This document shows, one piece after another, positions 40,083 through 49,206 of a stretch of DNA of 64,000 bases. Under the pieces are notes generated by a model, which worked only from the letters and a program-made list of their open reading frames with translations, ran no database searches and was not told where the DNA came from. Every line of letters starts with the position of its first letter. Position 1 is the first letter of the stretch. The stretch is from Candidatus Shapirobacteria bacterium (GTDB lineage Bacteria > Patescibacteriota > Microgenomatia > UBA12405). The stretch spans positions 587,107 to 651,106 of the forward strand of contig JAQWEN010000001.1 of NCBI GenBank assembly GCA_028704885.1. Reading direction: 5' to 3'. Position numbers and translations under genes: made by a program.

Positions 40083-40120
40083 AGACGATGGAATGTATTA
40101 AATGATTTGATTAACAAAAA
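40083..40120 (+). repeat. 38 bp direct repeat, right copy (duplicated 3' end of the MiaB-like gene)
   Basis: Identical to 38711-38748; the flanks are degenerate. Confidence 0.85.
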
Positions 40121-40126
40121 ATAATT

Positions 40127-40894
40127 TTATTGAACTGCATTCTGAGCAGTGATGGATTCGAAGAAGAAGGAAGGAATTTGATAAATATTTCTGGTTTTAA
40201 TTTGAGTTTTAACTCCGTCGCCGGCAGTACCTACAGCAGTTAATTCTTCACCCTGAAGGGGAAATACGGAAGAACCAGATAAAGTTAAATTAGTAGAAGA
40301 ACCTAATGGAGTAACTACCAGTAATAAGGCATCTTCAGTCCCAATCGGAAAATTAATAGTTTTACTGGCACTGTAGGTATAGCCAGTAACAGCAGGAGCG
40401 GTATTACTAAAATTGTAACCAGAACGGCTAACACTATAGTTAGTACCAACTCTAGAATAATAATCTATTTTAACTGCACCAGTAAAAGTATCATCCACTT
40501 TCAAACTTAAAGTAGTACTTTTTGAGTAATAAACACTATCGATAGTACCATCATTATTATGGTTAACTAACCAAAATAATTGAGGAGTATTGGATGAAAC
40601 TTTACCTTCAGAAGTAAGACTGTTAGCATTACCGATAGATAAAGAACTGACGACGGCACTATTACCATCACCAGGATTATATTGAGTATTATTATTTAAA
40701 AGATAATTATTAATTCCGGATTCAGCAGTATTAAAAGCTTCTTTTAATAATTCTTCGTCAGTATCAACTTTAGTATCAGTAACTGTCTTGCGGGAAGCAG
40801 ACATACCCAAGGTTAAAAGAATAGCAGAGGCCAAAAGAACAATGATGGCAATTTGACCTTGGTTGGATTGATTATTTTTTATTTTGTTTGTCAT
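40127..40894 (-). CDS. PilX-like N-terminal-domain protein (minor pilin-like); start MTNKIK with GGGGGAA RBS (ORF track extends to 40915 via TTG)
   Basis: N-terminal hydrophobic segment followed by ...EELLKEAFNTAESGINNY resembling the PilX_N AEAG motif. Confidence 0.4.
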   Translation of the reverse strand: MTNKIKNNQSNQGQIAIIVLLASAILLTLGMSASRKTVTDTKVDTDEELLKEAFNTAESGINNYLLNNNTQYNPGDGNSAVVSSLSIGNANSLTSEGKVSSNTPQLFWLVNHNNDGTIDSVYYSKSTTLSLKVDDTFTGAVKIDYYSRVGTNYSVSRSGYNFSNTAPAVTGYTYSASKTINFPIGTEDALLLVVTPLGSSTNLTLSGSSVFPLQGEELTAVGTAGDGVKTQIKTRNIYQIPSFFFESITAQNAVQ

Positions 40895-40896
40895 GT

Positions 40897-43611
40897 TTAG
40901 TTCCCCCATTGCCAATTAGTTAAAACTTTGGCTAAAGATCCAGGAAGATTGAAAATCATTTGAGGATTATGATTAACAACTACGGCTGGATTTAAATTAT
41001 TATTTGATCCGCCTAGATCTCGACCGGAAAAATTAATATCACTAGCGGCATAAAGACTGCCATTAAAAGTTAAGGCAGTGGTATTGGTACCAGCAGCGGT
41101 AATATTGTTGGCAACTAAAATGCCATCGACTTGGGTGACATTGTTGGCAATAGAAATGTTGCCGCTAACAATTATCATTAAGAAGTTTCCACTTTTTAAT
41201 ATATTTCCATTAATAGTTAAATTACCATTAACAAAGAAAATATTATTAGGATCGGAACCAAGATCACTAAGACTGGTTATAGTTTTATCTCCTGTCAAAA
41301 TTGTACCAATACTGTTTTTGTTGTGATATTGACTGAGGAAGTAATTATAATTAGTATTATTAATAACTAATTTAGCAGCGGCAGATTGATAGTACCAAGC
41401 TTGAGCATTACTAAGTGGATCGCGACCAGCGTTACTAATATTAGGAGCGGAAATTAAACCACTGGGACTGATTTTACAATTGGCAGTGGTACAGGTAACC
41501 GGAACTCGATTGGCAATTCCAAAATTACTAACCACTCCACCACCAACCGTCTGCCACCAGGGATCTTGATTAACCACACCAGAAAAATCAACTGTCAATG
41601 AAACACTAGAGTCATAAGGACTAATTGGAGAGGTGCCAGTTAAAGCGATGTTTGACTGACAACTGGAGTTTCCATTAAATCTCATTTTTATAGTAGACTC
41701 ATTCATTTTTATATCATCATTAAAATCTAGAGTATAACTTTTACCCCAAACTAAATCATTTCCAGTACTGGAAAAGGAATGTAAAGAAGTAAGAGTCATA
41801 TTTTTATCGCCGGCAGCCGCATTTTTAAAAGTCAAATTCTTAAAATTAATATCATTAACATAACTGCTAAAACCAATAGAAGGAGAAGGACAATAAACAG
41901 ATGGGTTAGCACCACTGCCATCAAAAATATTTCCAGAAACAGGAACATTACAATTCCAATATTTGAATGAACGATTAGTATCAGTGGTAACGACAGAACC
42001 AGTATAAACATTAACATCAGAAGCTGAAACAGTGATTTTTTGTAAATCGGTCGAAGAAATCTGAGCTGTAGTGATATCAAAAATAGCTGTGACATTATTA
42101 CCGCTTCTACTGATTGATGAATAATTAAATACTTGAGAGCCAAGAGTTAATTGAATATTATTAATATCGGCTCCACCCTGAGCATCAGAATAAGTCACTA
42201 CAAATCTGGCCGTAGTCGGACTGGAAGTACTCGTAAAATCTGATTGACAAATATGATTACGATTATCAGTTTCAGCCGCAACTACAGTATTATTAATATT
42301 TTCAATTACTAAGGTGGAAAAAGCTGGAGGATTATCCCGAACAGCAGAACAAGGAGTATCTAATGTCTGAGCAGCAACACAAGTACCATTAGAACCACTG
42401 CAAGTCCACTTGTATAATCCATCAGATCCAATATTATCTGTCCAATTTATTGTGCCGACAGCACATAAGTTTGAAGCCGGAAGAGAAGAATAAGTGCCAC
42501 CATTAGCAGTTCCGCAAGCACCAATAATGTTATTAACCGGCGTTTTAGTACCAGTACAAGTTCCGCCACAACCATCATCAAAAGTCTGATCAGGGCAGTA
42601 ATCTCCGGAAATTGAACAATCAGCTGGACATTGTTTAACACAACGACATTTAGCTGCATTGGCACCAGAACCAGTACACAACCCAGTTAAATAAACTGGA
42701 TTAGAATAATTGGCTGGATCATCACAATTTCCTCCAAAAGCAGCACAAGTGGCCGCATCGGCTGAACTTCGAGATTCACAAACAAAAGAAGGGGTAATTG
42801 GAATTCGACAAAGACAAGCTGAAGTACTGGGACAAAGACCTGACTTAGTGGTGGTGTTGGCAATGGCAGTCGTACTGCAAGTTCCACCAGCATTAGCACA
42901 AGCCCCACCGGCAGGAGTGTAACAACCAGAAGAAGATGTTCCACAATCAGTGGAACAATAGGAAGAATTTAAACCGGGATTTTTACAACATCTACCAGCA
43001 CCACATACATTATCATTTTCACAAATAATAGTATAATTGTTTATATTTTTTTTATAACATTGCTGCGAGCTATTTCCACAGGGTCTACATCGATTATAAC
43101 TGTACCAACAATCGCCGGTAGGCTCATTTCCCCAAGCCGCGTCACAACTGCTATACCAACCAGCAGAATTATTACAATACAAATTACCAACACAACCAGA
43201 ACCGCCTTTCTTCCAAACATTATCACCAAGACAATTACAATAAGAATCTGAGTGCCACTTACATAGCCCAGTACTATTTCCACCTGGTAAAGGATCAAAA
43301 AGATGACCAGGTTCAGCTACTGTCGAATCAGCCCAACTTGTCCAGGCATAACAAGCAGAGGCTCCAGTTTCAAAACAAGCTGCAGAAGTAATACCATTTA
43401 CACCAGCAGCATAATCAATACCATTAAGGCCATGACAACCAGTAAATACACACTCGGCCTCAGGGCAAGAAGAACTGGAATAGGAAATAGTATAACCGGT
43501 AGGACAGTTTTCATAAATATTAATGCAATAAGCAGAGACATCATCTCTAAAGAGAAAAAAACTTGTGAATAAAAAAACTAAACAAAATAATATTTTTTTA
43601 ATTATGGACAT
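40897..43611 (-). CDS. large secreted protein (904 aa): signal peptide, ~430 aa extremely Cys/Gly/Ser/Thr/Asn-rich region, C-terminal parallel beta-helix-like repeats
   Basis: N-terminus MSIIKKILFCLVFLFTSFFLF; dozens of Cys; C-terminal N/G/T-rich repeats (NGNLTINGNILKSGNF...VANNITAAG). Confidence 0.6.
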   Translation of the reverse strand: MSIIKKILFCLVFLFTSFFLFRDDVSAYCINIYENCPTGYTISYSSSSCPEAECVFTGCHGLNGIDYAAGVNGITSAACFETGASACYAWTSWADSTVAEPGHLFDPLPGGNSTGLCKWHSDSYCNCLGDNVWKKGGSGCVGNLYCNNSAGWYSSCDAAWGNEPTGDCWYSYNRCRPCGNSSQQCYKKNINNYTIICENDNVCGAGRCCKNPGLNSSYCSTDCGTSSSGCYTPAGGACANAGGTCSTTAIANTTTKSGLCPSTSACLCRIPITPSFVCESRSSADAATCAAFGGNCDDPANYSNPVYLTGLCTGSGANAAKCRCVKQCPADCSISGDYCPDQTFDDGCGGTCTGTKTPVNNIIGACGTANGGTYSSLPASNLCAVGTINWTDNIGSDGLYKWTCSGSNGTCVAAQTLDTPCSAVRDNPPAFSTLVIENINNTVVAAETDNRNHICQSDFTSTSSPTTARFVVTYSDAQGGADINNIQLTLGSQVFNYSSISRSGNNVTAIFDITTAQISSTDLQKITVSASDVNVYTGSVVTTDTNRSFKYWNCNVPVSGNIFDGSGANPSVYCPSPSIGFSSYVNDINFKNLTFKNAAAGDKNMTLTSLHSFSSTGNDLVWGKSYTLDFNDDIKMNESTIKMRFNGNSSCQSNIALTGTSPISPYDSSVSLTVDFSGVVNQDPWWQTVGGGVVSNFGIANRVPVTCTTANCKISPSGLISAPNISNAGRDPLSNAQAWYYQSAAAKLVINNTNYNYFLSQYHNKNSIGTILTGDKTITSLSDLGSDPNNIFFVNGNLTINGNILKSGNFLMIIVSGNISIANNVTQVDGILVANNITAAGTNTTALTFNGSLYAASDINFSGRDLGGSNNNLNPAVVVNHNPQMIFNLPGSLAKVLTNWQWGN

Positions 43612-44774
43612 AATAAATTAACCAATAATGCGTTTTGAAGAAGACTCTTTGACCAAATATTACGTTCTTCAATTAGAAAAAAGCCGCCTTCACCGTTTAA
43701 TTTTCTAAAACTGCCATCACCATCCCAATATTTGGAAATAAAGACACTTAAAAGTTTTTCTTCACTAGACTGATATTTTGAGTTGTTATCATATTTAGCC
43801 AATTCCCGATTTAAAAAGGCACATTCAAGATTCATTCCTTCAGATTTTGCCCCCTGATCTGTAAAATAAAGACTATAAACATCTTTAGCCCAATCAAGAT
43901 ATTTTTGTTCTTTATTGACCGAATATAAATCTAATGAAGAAATAGCTAATAAACATTTATCATTGGCTGAAAAATTAACATAATCCAGATAATATCCCTG
44001 AAGGAGCTTATTAAAATAAGCATTGGCAACATCTAAATCATTCTGTTTTTGGCTGGACTTATATCGAGCCACGAAGTCACTCGGAAAAGTAACAAACCAT
44101 TTATAGTTCTGATTAATACTCTGGTCGCTTTTGAAAACTAAATCTTTCGTTTTATCAGGATTTTGCCAATCATAATAATCAACCTGAGAAATTACATTAA
44201 TATCAGACTTTGTCTTTTCACTATATATATTTTTTACTTCATCACTACTGATATAAGTGCTAGTCGTACAAAGCTTATGAACTTTATCAAGATATTCCTG
44301 ACTTAAAATTTTTTGATCAGTTATTTCCAAAAGCAATCGACAGTTCCAAAAATTATTTTGAACCTGCATCTTATCAAGCTGTTGGTAATAATAATCAATA
44401 TCTTTTTTAAGAATAGAAATTTCATCTGTATCACCAGTTTTTTGGATATATTTATATCTGGCCCAAATGGCAGGAATGGCATCATGACCACTTAAACCAG
44501 CCTCTTGAGGGCCATTACAAGTTTTTTTTTCAAAATCGCAGTCAATAAAACCAAAATATTTTCCATTTTCGTCTCTTTTGGAATTAATCCAAGTCAATGT
44601 TTTCTTGGCATAGCCACAATATTTCTTTTCAGCAGCAGTAAACTTGTTTTTAGGGCTAAGATCTTTTTTAAACAAACCAATTTTATTACCAATAAAAATA
44701 AAACCAACCGAAACAATTACTATCAAAAAAATCGAAACTATTTGAAGCAAACTAAAACCTTTTTTTGTGTCCAT
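43602..44774 (-). CDS. type IV pilin-like protein with class III (prepilin) signal (390 aa)
   Basis: MDTKKG/FSLLQIVSIFLIVIVSVG matches the KG-FxLxE prepilin cleavage pattern with Q at +5. Confidence 0.45.
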   Translation of the reverse strand: MDTKKGFSLLQIVSIFLIVIVSVGFIFIGNKIGLFKKDLSPKNKFTAAEKKYCGYAKKTLTWINSKRDENGKYFGFIDCDFEKKTCNGPQEAGLSGHDAIPAIWARYKYIQKTGDTDEISILKKDIDYYYQQLDKMQVQNNFWNCRLLLEITDQKILSQEYLDKVHKLCTTSTYISSDEVKNIYSEKTKSDINVISQVDYYDWQNPDKTKDLVFKSDQSINQNYKWFVTFPSDFVARYKSSQKQNDLDVANAYFNKLLQGYYLDYVNFSANDKCLLAISSLDLYSVNKEQKYLDWAKDVYSLYFTDQGAKSEGMNLECAFLNRELAKYDNNSKYQSSEEKLLSVFISKYWDGDGSFRKLNGEGGFFLIEERNIWSKSLLQNALLVNLLCP

Positions 44775-44819
44775 CTAATGAAACTATAAAGCATTTCAGA
44801 AAAAATTCAATTATTTGTT

Positions 44820-45950
44820 TTATTTAAGATCACCAGGATTCCAATCAGGCATGGATTTTCTATTTTTATTAATCTCATCGGCAGTACCGCCAAAAAAATC
44901 AACTAAACCTTCCTTAAATATTTTTTCAAATGAAACTTGAATTGTTTCGGATCTAAAAGGTTGGGAATATTTTTCTCCATAACGGACCTTGGCACCTATA
45001 TAACCAGCATGAGCCATTTCCTTACAAAATTGTTGACCGTTTTTACAATATAAATTCCACCAGCAATAAGCAGATAAACCTTCCTTAAAATAACCTGGAT
45101 ATTTAGCAAATTCTCCTCCCAAATTAAGCATCTTAATACCTACAGATTCTATATATAATGGTCCTCCTAATAAAGTATTCATATATGGAATTTCCGACTT
45201 TAAACCTTCTTTTGATAGATTCCAAACAAATTGACCTTCTTCATTGTAGGTGTAAACAAAACCCGATTTTTCATTAAATCGATTAATAATAAAAGATCTC
45301 ATACCATTATCTGTCAATAGTTTAAGATAATTCGAATCGTAAACTTCCATTTCTTTAATAGCTTTTTTGAAACCAGAGACAACATTATCCTGACAATTAA
45401 TCATAGCTATGGCTGGACTGCCATCTTTATGACTAATAATTGAAAAATTTTCAATATTACTATATTCTCCGGTTTTACCATATTCAATAATCTGCTCTCG
45501 AGTTAAATAATCATCCACCTTATTAAATTCATCTTCATTAGAAGATAAAGAATTTTCGTATATTTTTAATAAATCTTTGGTAAATTGAAGTCTTTCGGCA
45601 GGAATGCCGTCTAATTCTGATTTAGTTTCAGTGGTTGTCGGGGTAGGAGTGGGTTCAGGGGTAGGAGTGGGAGCCTCGGTATTATAAATAGTTTCAGTTG
45701 GAGTTGGATTTAAGGTGTCACTAGCAGCTATTGGAGCAACACCATAATCGCCACCTTCAGGTCCAAACAATTTACTTGAACCAACATAAACACCGGCAGC
45801 AACCACAGTTCCTGCAAGACCAACAGAAATAGCTTTAACTAAATTCACTCTATGACTTTTGTGTTCATCTTCATGATGACCTTGATGTAAACCTTTTTGA
45901 ACATCTGGGTGTTTCATTACACCTTGTCCTGTTTCGACTGTATTTATCAT
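44820..45950 (-). CDS. hypothetical membrane-anchored protein (376 aa) with His-rich N-terminus, TM helix, Pro/Thr linker
   Basis: TM LVKAISVGLAGTVVAAGVYVG; PTPTPEPTPTPTTT linker. Confidence 0.5.
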   Translation of the reverse strand: MINTVETGQGVMKHPDVQKGLHQGHHEDEHKSHRVNLVKAISVGLAGTVVAAGVYVGSSKLFGPEGGDYGVAPIAASDTLNPTPTETIYNTEAPTPTPEPTPTPTTTETKSELDGIPAERLQFTKDLLKIYENSLSSNEDEFNKVDDYLTREQIIEYGKTGEYSNIENFSIISHKDGSPAIAMINCQDNVVSGFKKAIKEMEVYDSNYLKLLTDNGMRSFIINRFNEKSGFVYTYNEEGQFVWNLSKEGLKSEIPYMNTLLGGPLYIESVGIKMLNLGGEFAKYPGYFKEGLSAYCWWNLYCKNGQQFCKEMAHAGYIGAKVRYGEKYSQPFRSETIQVSFEKIFKEGLVDFFGGTADEINKNRKSMPDWNPGDLK

Positions 45951-45988
45951 TTTTTCTAGATTTTATTATAACCTATAATCTAGTAAGA

Positions 45989-46017
45989 ATTATATCGTTT
46001 ATAGTTAATTTTGTCAA
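45989..46017 (-). promoter_or_regulatory. perfect-consensus sigma70 promoter (TTGACA-17 nt-TATAAT, minus strand) for the 45950-40127 operon
   Basis: Reverse complement of 45989-46017 = TTGACAAAATTAACTATAAACGATATAAT; 5' UTR contains the TCTAGATT...AATCTAGA inverted repeat. Confidence 0.5.
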
Positions 46018-46226
46018 TGTTTACCGTTGTATCTGATATAGTACACATTTATTACACACTGGCCGTATAATTTTAATATGTATCGATTACACATTAATTA
46101 CTGTGATTTTAGGTACAAAATGACAGTGGAAATTAGATTAATTATTAATTAATATAAAACAATCAGTTGCGATATATATTAGAGCAGATAGATATTGATG
46201 TTTCGCCTTTTATTCGGTTCTAGTTG

Positions 46227-46254
46227 TTGACAGAGTAGATTACTCTAGTATTAT
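46227..46254 (+). promoter_or_regulatory. sigma70-like promoter (TTGACA-16 nt-TATTAT) ending 6 nt before the KilA-N start (leaderless-type arrangement)
   Basis: TTGACA 46227-46232, TATTAT 46249-46254, ATG 46261. Confidence 0.4.
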
Positions 46255-46260
46255 TTTGGT

Positions 46261-47076
46261 ATGAAAAAAATAATTACACAGGGAATACAGATTGCTGTTA
46301 TAAAAAATAACAAAGAAGAATATATTTCTTTAACCGATATGGCTAAGTTCAAAAACCGTGAACTAACTGGAATTGTTATTGCTAATTGGCTATCAACTAA
46401 ATATACTATTCAGTTTATTGGAGCTTGGGAACAAGTTAATAACCCAAATTTTAATGTTATGGAATTCAATAACATTAAAAATGAAGCCGGATCTAATGGT
46501 TTTATATTATCTTCTTCTAAATTGATTCAAAAAACAAATGCCATTGGTATTAGATCATCCACGGGTAGATATGGAGGTACTTTTGCTCATCGCGATATTG
46601 CTTTTGAATTTGCCACTTGGCTATCTCCCGAATTTAAGCTTTATTTAATTAAAGAATTTCAAAGATTAAAAATTGAGGAAAATGAAAGATTAGCTCTTGG
46701 TTGGGATGTTAAAAGACAGTTGACTAAAATTAATTATCGTATTCACACAGATGCTATTAAAGAAAATTTAATTCCTGTTTCAATCACTAATAATCAGGCC
46801 AAAATTATTTATGCCAATGAAGCTGATGTTCTTAATATGGCCCTTTTTGGTAAAACTGCTAAAAATTGGCGAGAGGAAAACAAAAATAAAGAAGGCAATA
46901 TTCGTGATTATTGTGATGTTACCCAATTAGTAGTTTTAGCTAATCTTGAGGGGATAAATGCTGATTTAATTCATCAAAATTTATCTCAATCAGAAAGATT
47001 GATTAAGTTAAACCAAATAGCCATTTATCAGATGAGATCATTGATTGGTAATCCGTCTATTAAAAAATTGAAGTAA
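46261..47076 (+). CDS. KilA-N domain-containing protein
   Basis: YISLTDMAKF...GRYGGTFAHRDIAFEFATWLSPEFKLYLIKEFQRLK matches KilA-N/APSES-type DNA-binding proteins of phages. Confidence 0.75.
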   Translation: MKKIITQGIQIAVIKNNKEEYISLTDMAKFKNRELTGIVIANWLSTKYTIQFIGAWEQVNNPNFNVMEFNNIKNEAGSNGFILSSSKLIQKTNAIGIRSSTGRYGGTFAHRDIAFEFATWLSPEFKLYLIKEFQRLKIEENERLALGWDVKRQLTKINYRIHTDAIKENLIPVSITNNQAKIIYANEADVLNMALFGKTAKNWREENKNKEGNIRDYCDVTQLVVLANLEGINADLIHQNLSQSERLIKLNQIAIYQMRSLIGNPSIKKLK

Positions 47077-48012
47077 TTATTTCAGATAGTTGGCGATGTT
47101 GGAGTTGTGCTGATCAAGAGTGGCGGCATAGTGCATTTGATTGTCATTGCCGGTAAGGTAGTAAAGATAATTTGATTCGGTGGGATGAAAAGCGGCATAA
47201 ATTGAATCATAGCCAGGGTTACAAATGGGGCTGGGCGGAAGACCGGGATTTTTATAGGTATTAAAAGGAGAAAGAATAGAAATATCGGCAGCGTCTAAAT
47301 CTACCCAATATTTGGCTGGTTTCTCTTTAGAATCGCGGGCATATTGAACGGTAACATCTGATTGGAGAGGCATATTTATATTAATTCTATTCATTAAAAC
47401 GCCAGCAACCCCCTGTTTTACTTTTAAAGTTCGAGCTTCGTGTTCAATAATGGAAGCTAAAACCAAAATTTGTTTGTCGGTTAGTTTGGTATTGGTGGCA
47501 TCGACTTTGGCTTGGGCAAATTTTTTATCAAAATTAGTTTCAATAACTTTGAAAATTTGATCGGCGGTGTAAAAAGTGGGGATTAAATAACTGTCGGGAA
47601 AAAGATAGCCTTCTTTGCCAGTAAAAGAAGTTCCTTTAGGAAAAGAATCAATGTTTTCTTCGACACGAGTGCCTTCGATGATTTTTAACCAATAATCACT
47701 GACGCCGCCTTTGGAAAGTTTGGTAATTAAATCCTGATTAGACAAGGAAGGAGAAATACGGAAAGTCCCCGCTTGAATTTTACTATTTAATCCCAATTTA
47801 TAGGCATAAAATAAAAAGGAATATTTATTCCTAATTAAGGATTTTGATTTTAAATTTTGGGAAATATTTACCAAACTGTCACCCTCTTTGATAACAAACA
47901 TAATATTGTTTTTATCGGTAGAAACAGCTTGACTGTTGATTTTTAGATAGGAAAAAATGACCGCTAATAAAATAGCGACAGAAAGGGTGATAATTGTAAA
48001 AACCCGAGCCAT
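47077..48012 (-). CDS. mltG: endolytic murein transglycosylase MltG/YceG-like
   Basis: N-terminal TM anchor + YceG domain sequence. Confidence 0.75.
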   Translation of the reverse strand: MARVFTIITLSVAILLAVIFSYLKINSQAVSTDKNNIMFVIKEGDSLVNISQNLKSKSLIRNKYSFLFYAYKLGLNSKIQAGTFRISPSLSNQDLITKLSKGGVSDYWLKIIEGTRVEENIDSFPKGTSFTGKEGYLFPDSYLIPTFYTADQIFKVIETNFDKKFAQAKVDATNTKLTDKQILVLASIIEHEARTLKVKQGVAGVLMNRININMPLQSDVTVQYARDSKEKPAKYWVDLDAADISILSPFNTYKNPGLPPSPICNPGYDSIYAAFHPTESNYLYYLTGNDNQMHYAATLDQHNSNIANYLK

Positions 48013-48014
48013 TT

Positions 48015-48212
48015 TTAGATCTCGTCGAATAAAGCTCGACGATAAGTGCCCTTAGCACCGTCGTAAATAAAAATACGACCACACTTGCAGGTGACAGTGG
48101 TTTTGTCTCTGACATCTTTTTTGACACCATGAGAAAGTGGAGTACCACAACCAACACATCGACCTTGTGATAATAACCAGGCTTGGATGGGGGAAATTAG
48201 ATTTTTGATCAT
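48015..48212 (-). CDS. small zinc-ribbon protein (65 aa)
   Basis: CVGCG...CKCG cysteine pairs. Confidence 0.45.
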   Translation of the reverse strand: MIKNLISPIQAWLLSQGRCVGCGTPLSHGVKKDVRDKTTVTCKCGRIFIYDGAKGTYRRALFDEI

Positions 48213-48227
48213 AATTTTATTAAATTA

Positions 48228-48614
48228 TTAACCGACTATTCTTCTTAAGATAACTGCGGCAGCCACCGAATCAATTAATTTCTTATAATCTTTCTTTTTA
48301 TTCTTGTTTTGAATGTAAATTTGCTGAGCTTCGATGGTGCTGACAGCTTCTTCAACTGTCTCGATATTTAATTTTAACACAGAACGAAGCTTGTCGACGA
48401 AGGCCTTGGTAATATCAGCAAAATAGCCTTCAGAAACACCAACGTAAAGACCATCAATTTTATAATCAGCAATAATTTTTTGAAGATTGGCAATAACTTG
48501 ATCGTCGTTTTTAATGGCAGGAATGGGAGTGATGATATCAAGAATGGAAACAGCCAAACCAATGTTTTTAGTACCGTAATCGATGGCGAGATAGTTCATA
48601 GAAAGATTATACAT
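48228..48614 (-). CDS. ruvX: Holliday-junction resolvase-like RuvX/YqgF
   Basis: LAIDYGTKNIGLAVS N-terminal motif (start may be the internal MNYLAIDYG). Confidence 0.75.
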   Translation of the reverse strand: MYNLSMNYLAIDYGTKNIGLAVSILDIITPIPAIKNDDQVIANLQKIIADYKIDGLYVGVSEGYFADITKAFVDKLRSVLKLNIETVEEAVSTIEAQQIYIQNKNKKKDYKKLIDSVAAAVILRRIVG

Positions 48615-48663
48615 TATTAACCCACCCCAACCCCTCCCTTGACAAGGAGGGTTAAAATTATAT

Positions 48664-49206
48664 ATGTCATCAAAACGAGGCCCTTGGAGAGTAATCGATG
48701 TTAAAAATGTTTACAAAAATTCGTGGATTGAAGTAAAAGAAGATAAGGTGATTAGGCCTGATGGAAATAAAGGAATTTTTGGAGTAGTAAAAGTAAAATC
48801 GGGAGTATCAGTATTACCCATCGATGATAATAAAAATATTTATTTAATTGAACAATTTAGATATGTTTTGGGGAAAAAAAATATTGAAGCAGTTAGTGGT
48901 GGTATAGAAAACAAAGAAAAACCTCTAGACGCTGCTAAAAGAGAACTTAAAGAGGAAACTGGTATTGAAGCAAAAGAGTGGGTGGATTTGGGTAAAATTA
49001 ATCCACTTACAATAATAGATTCAACAAATTATCTTTTTATCGCTAAAAATTTGACTTTTTTAAACGCAAGTCCTGAAGGAACTGAAAACATTAAACTACT
49101 GAAAATACCTTTAGAAAAAGCAATTAACTGGGTTATGGAAGGATTAATTACTAACTCTCTCACAGCACTTTTGATTTTAAAAATAAAAGAGTTAAAAAAT
49201 TCTTAA
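48664..49206 (+). CDS. NUDIX hydrolase
   Basis: Nudix box GGIENKEKPLDAAKRELKEETGI. Confidence 0.8.
   Translation: MSSKRGPWRVIDVKNVYKNSWIEVKEDKVIRPDGNKGIFGVVKVKSGVSVLPIDDNKNIYLIEQFRYVLGKKNIEAVSGGIENKEKPLDAAKRELKEETGIEAKEWVDLGKINPLTIIDSTNYLFIAKNLTFLNASPEGTENIKLLKIPLEKAINWVMEGLITNSLTALLILKIKELKNS

Noticed and set aside
41832-42944. Several Leu/Val-rich 60-100 aa ORFs on both strands inside the 904 aa Cys-rich gene.
   Set aside because: They are reverse-complement and frame artefacts of the Cys/Gly-rich codon bias (GCA/ACA/CAG repeats) and show no independent signals.
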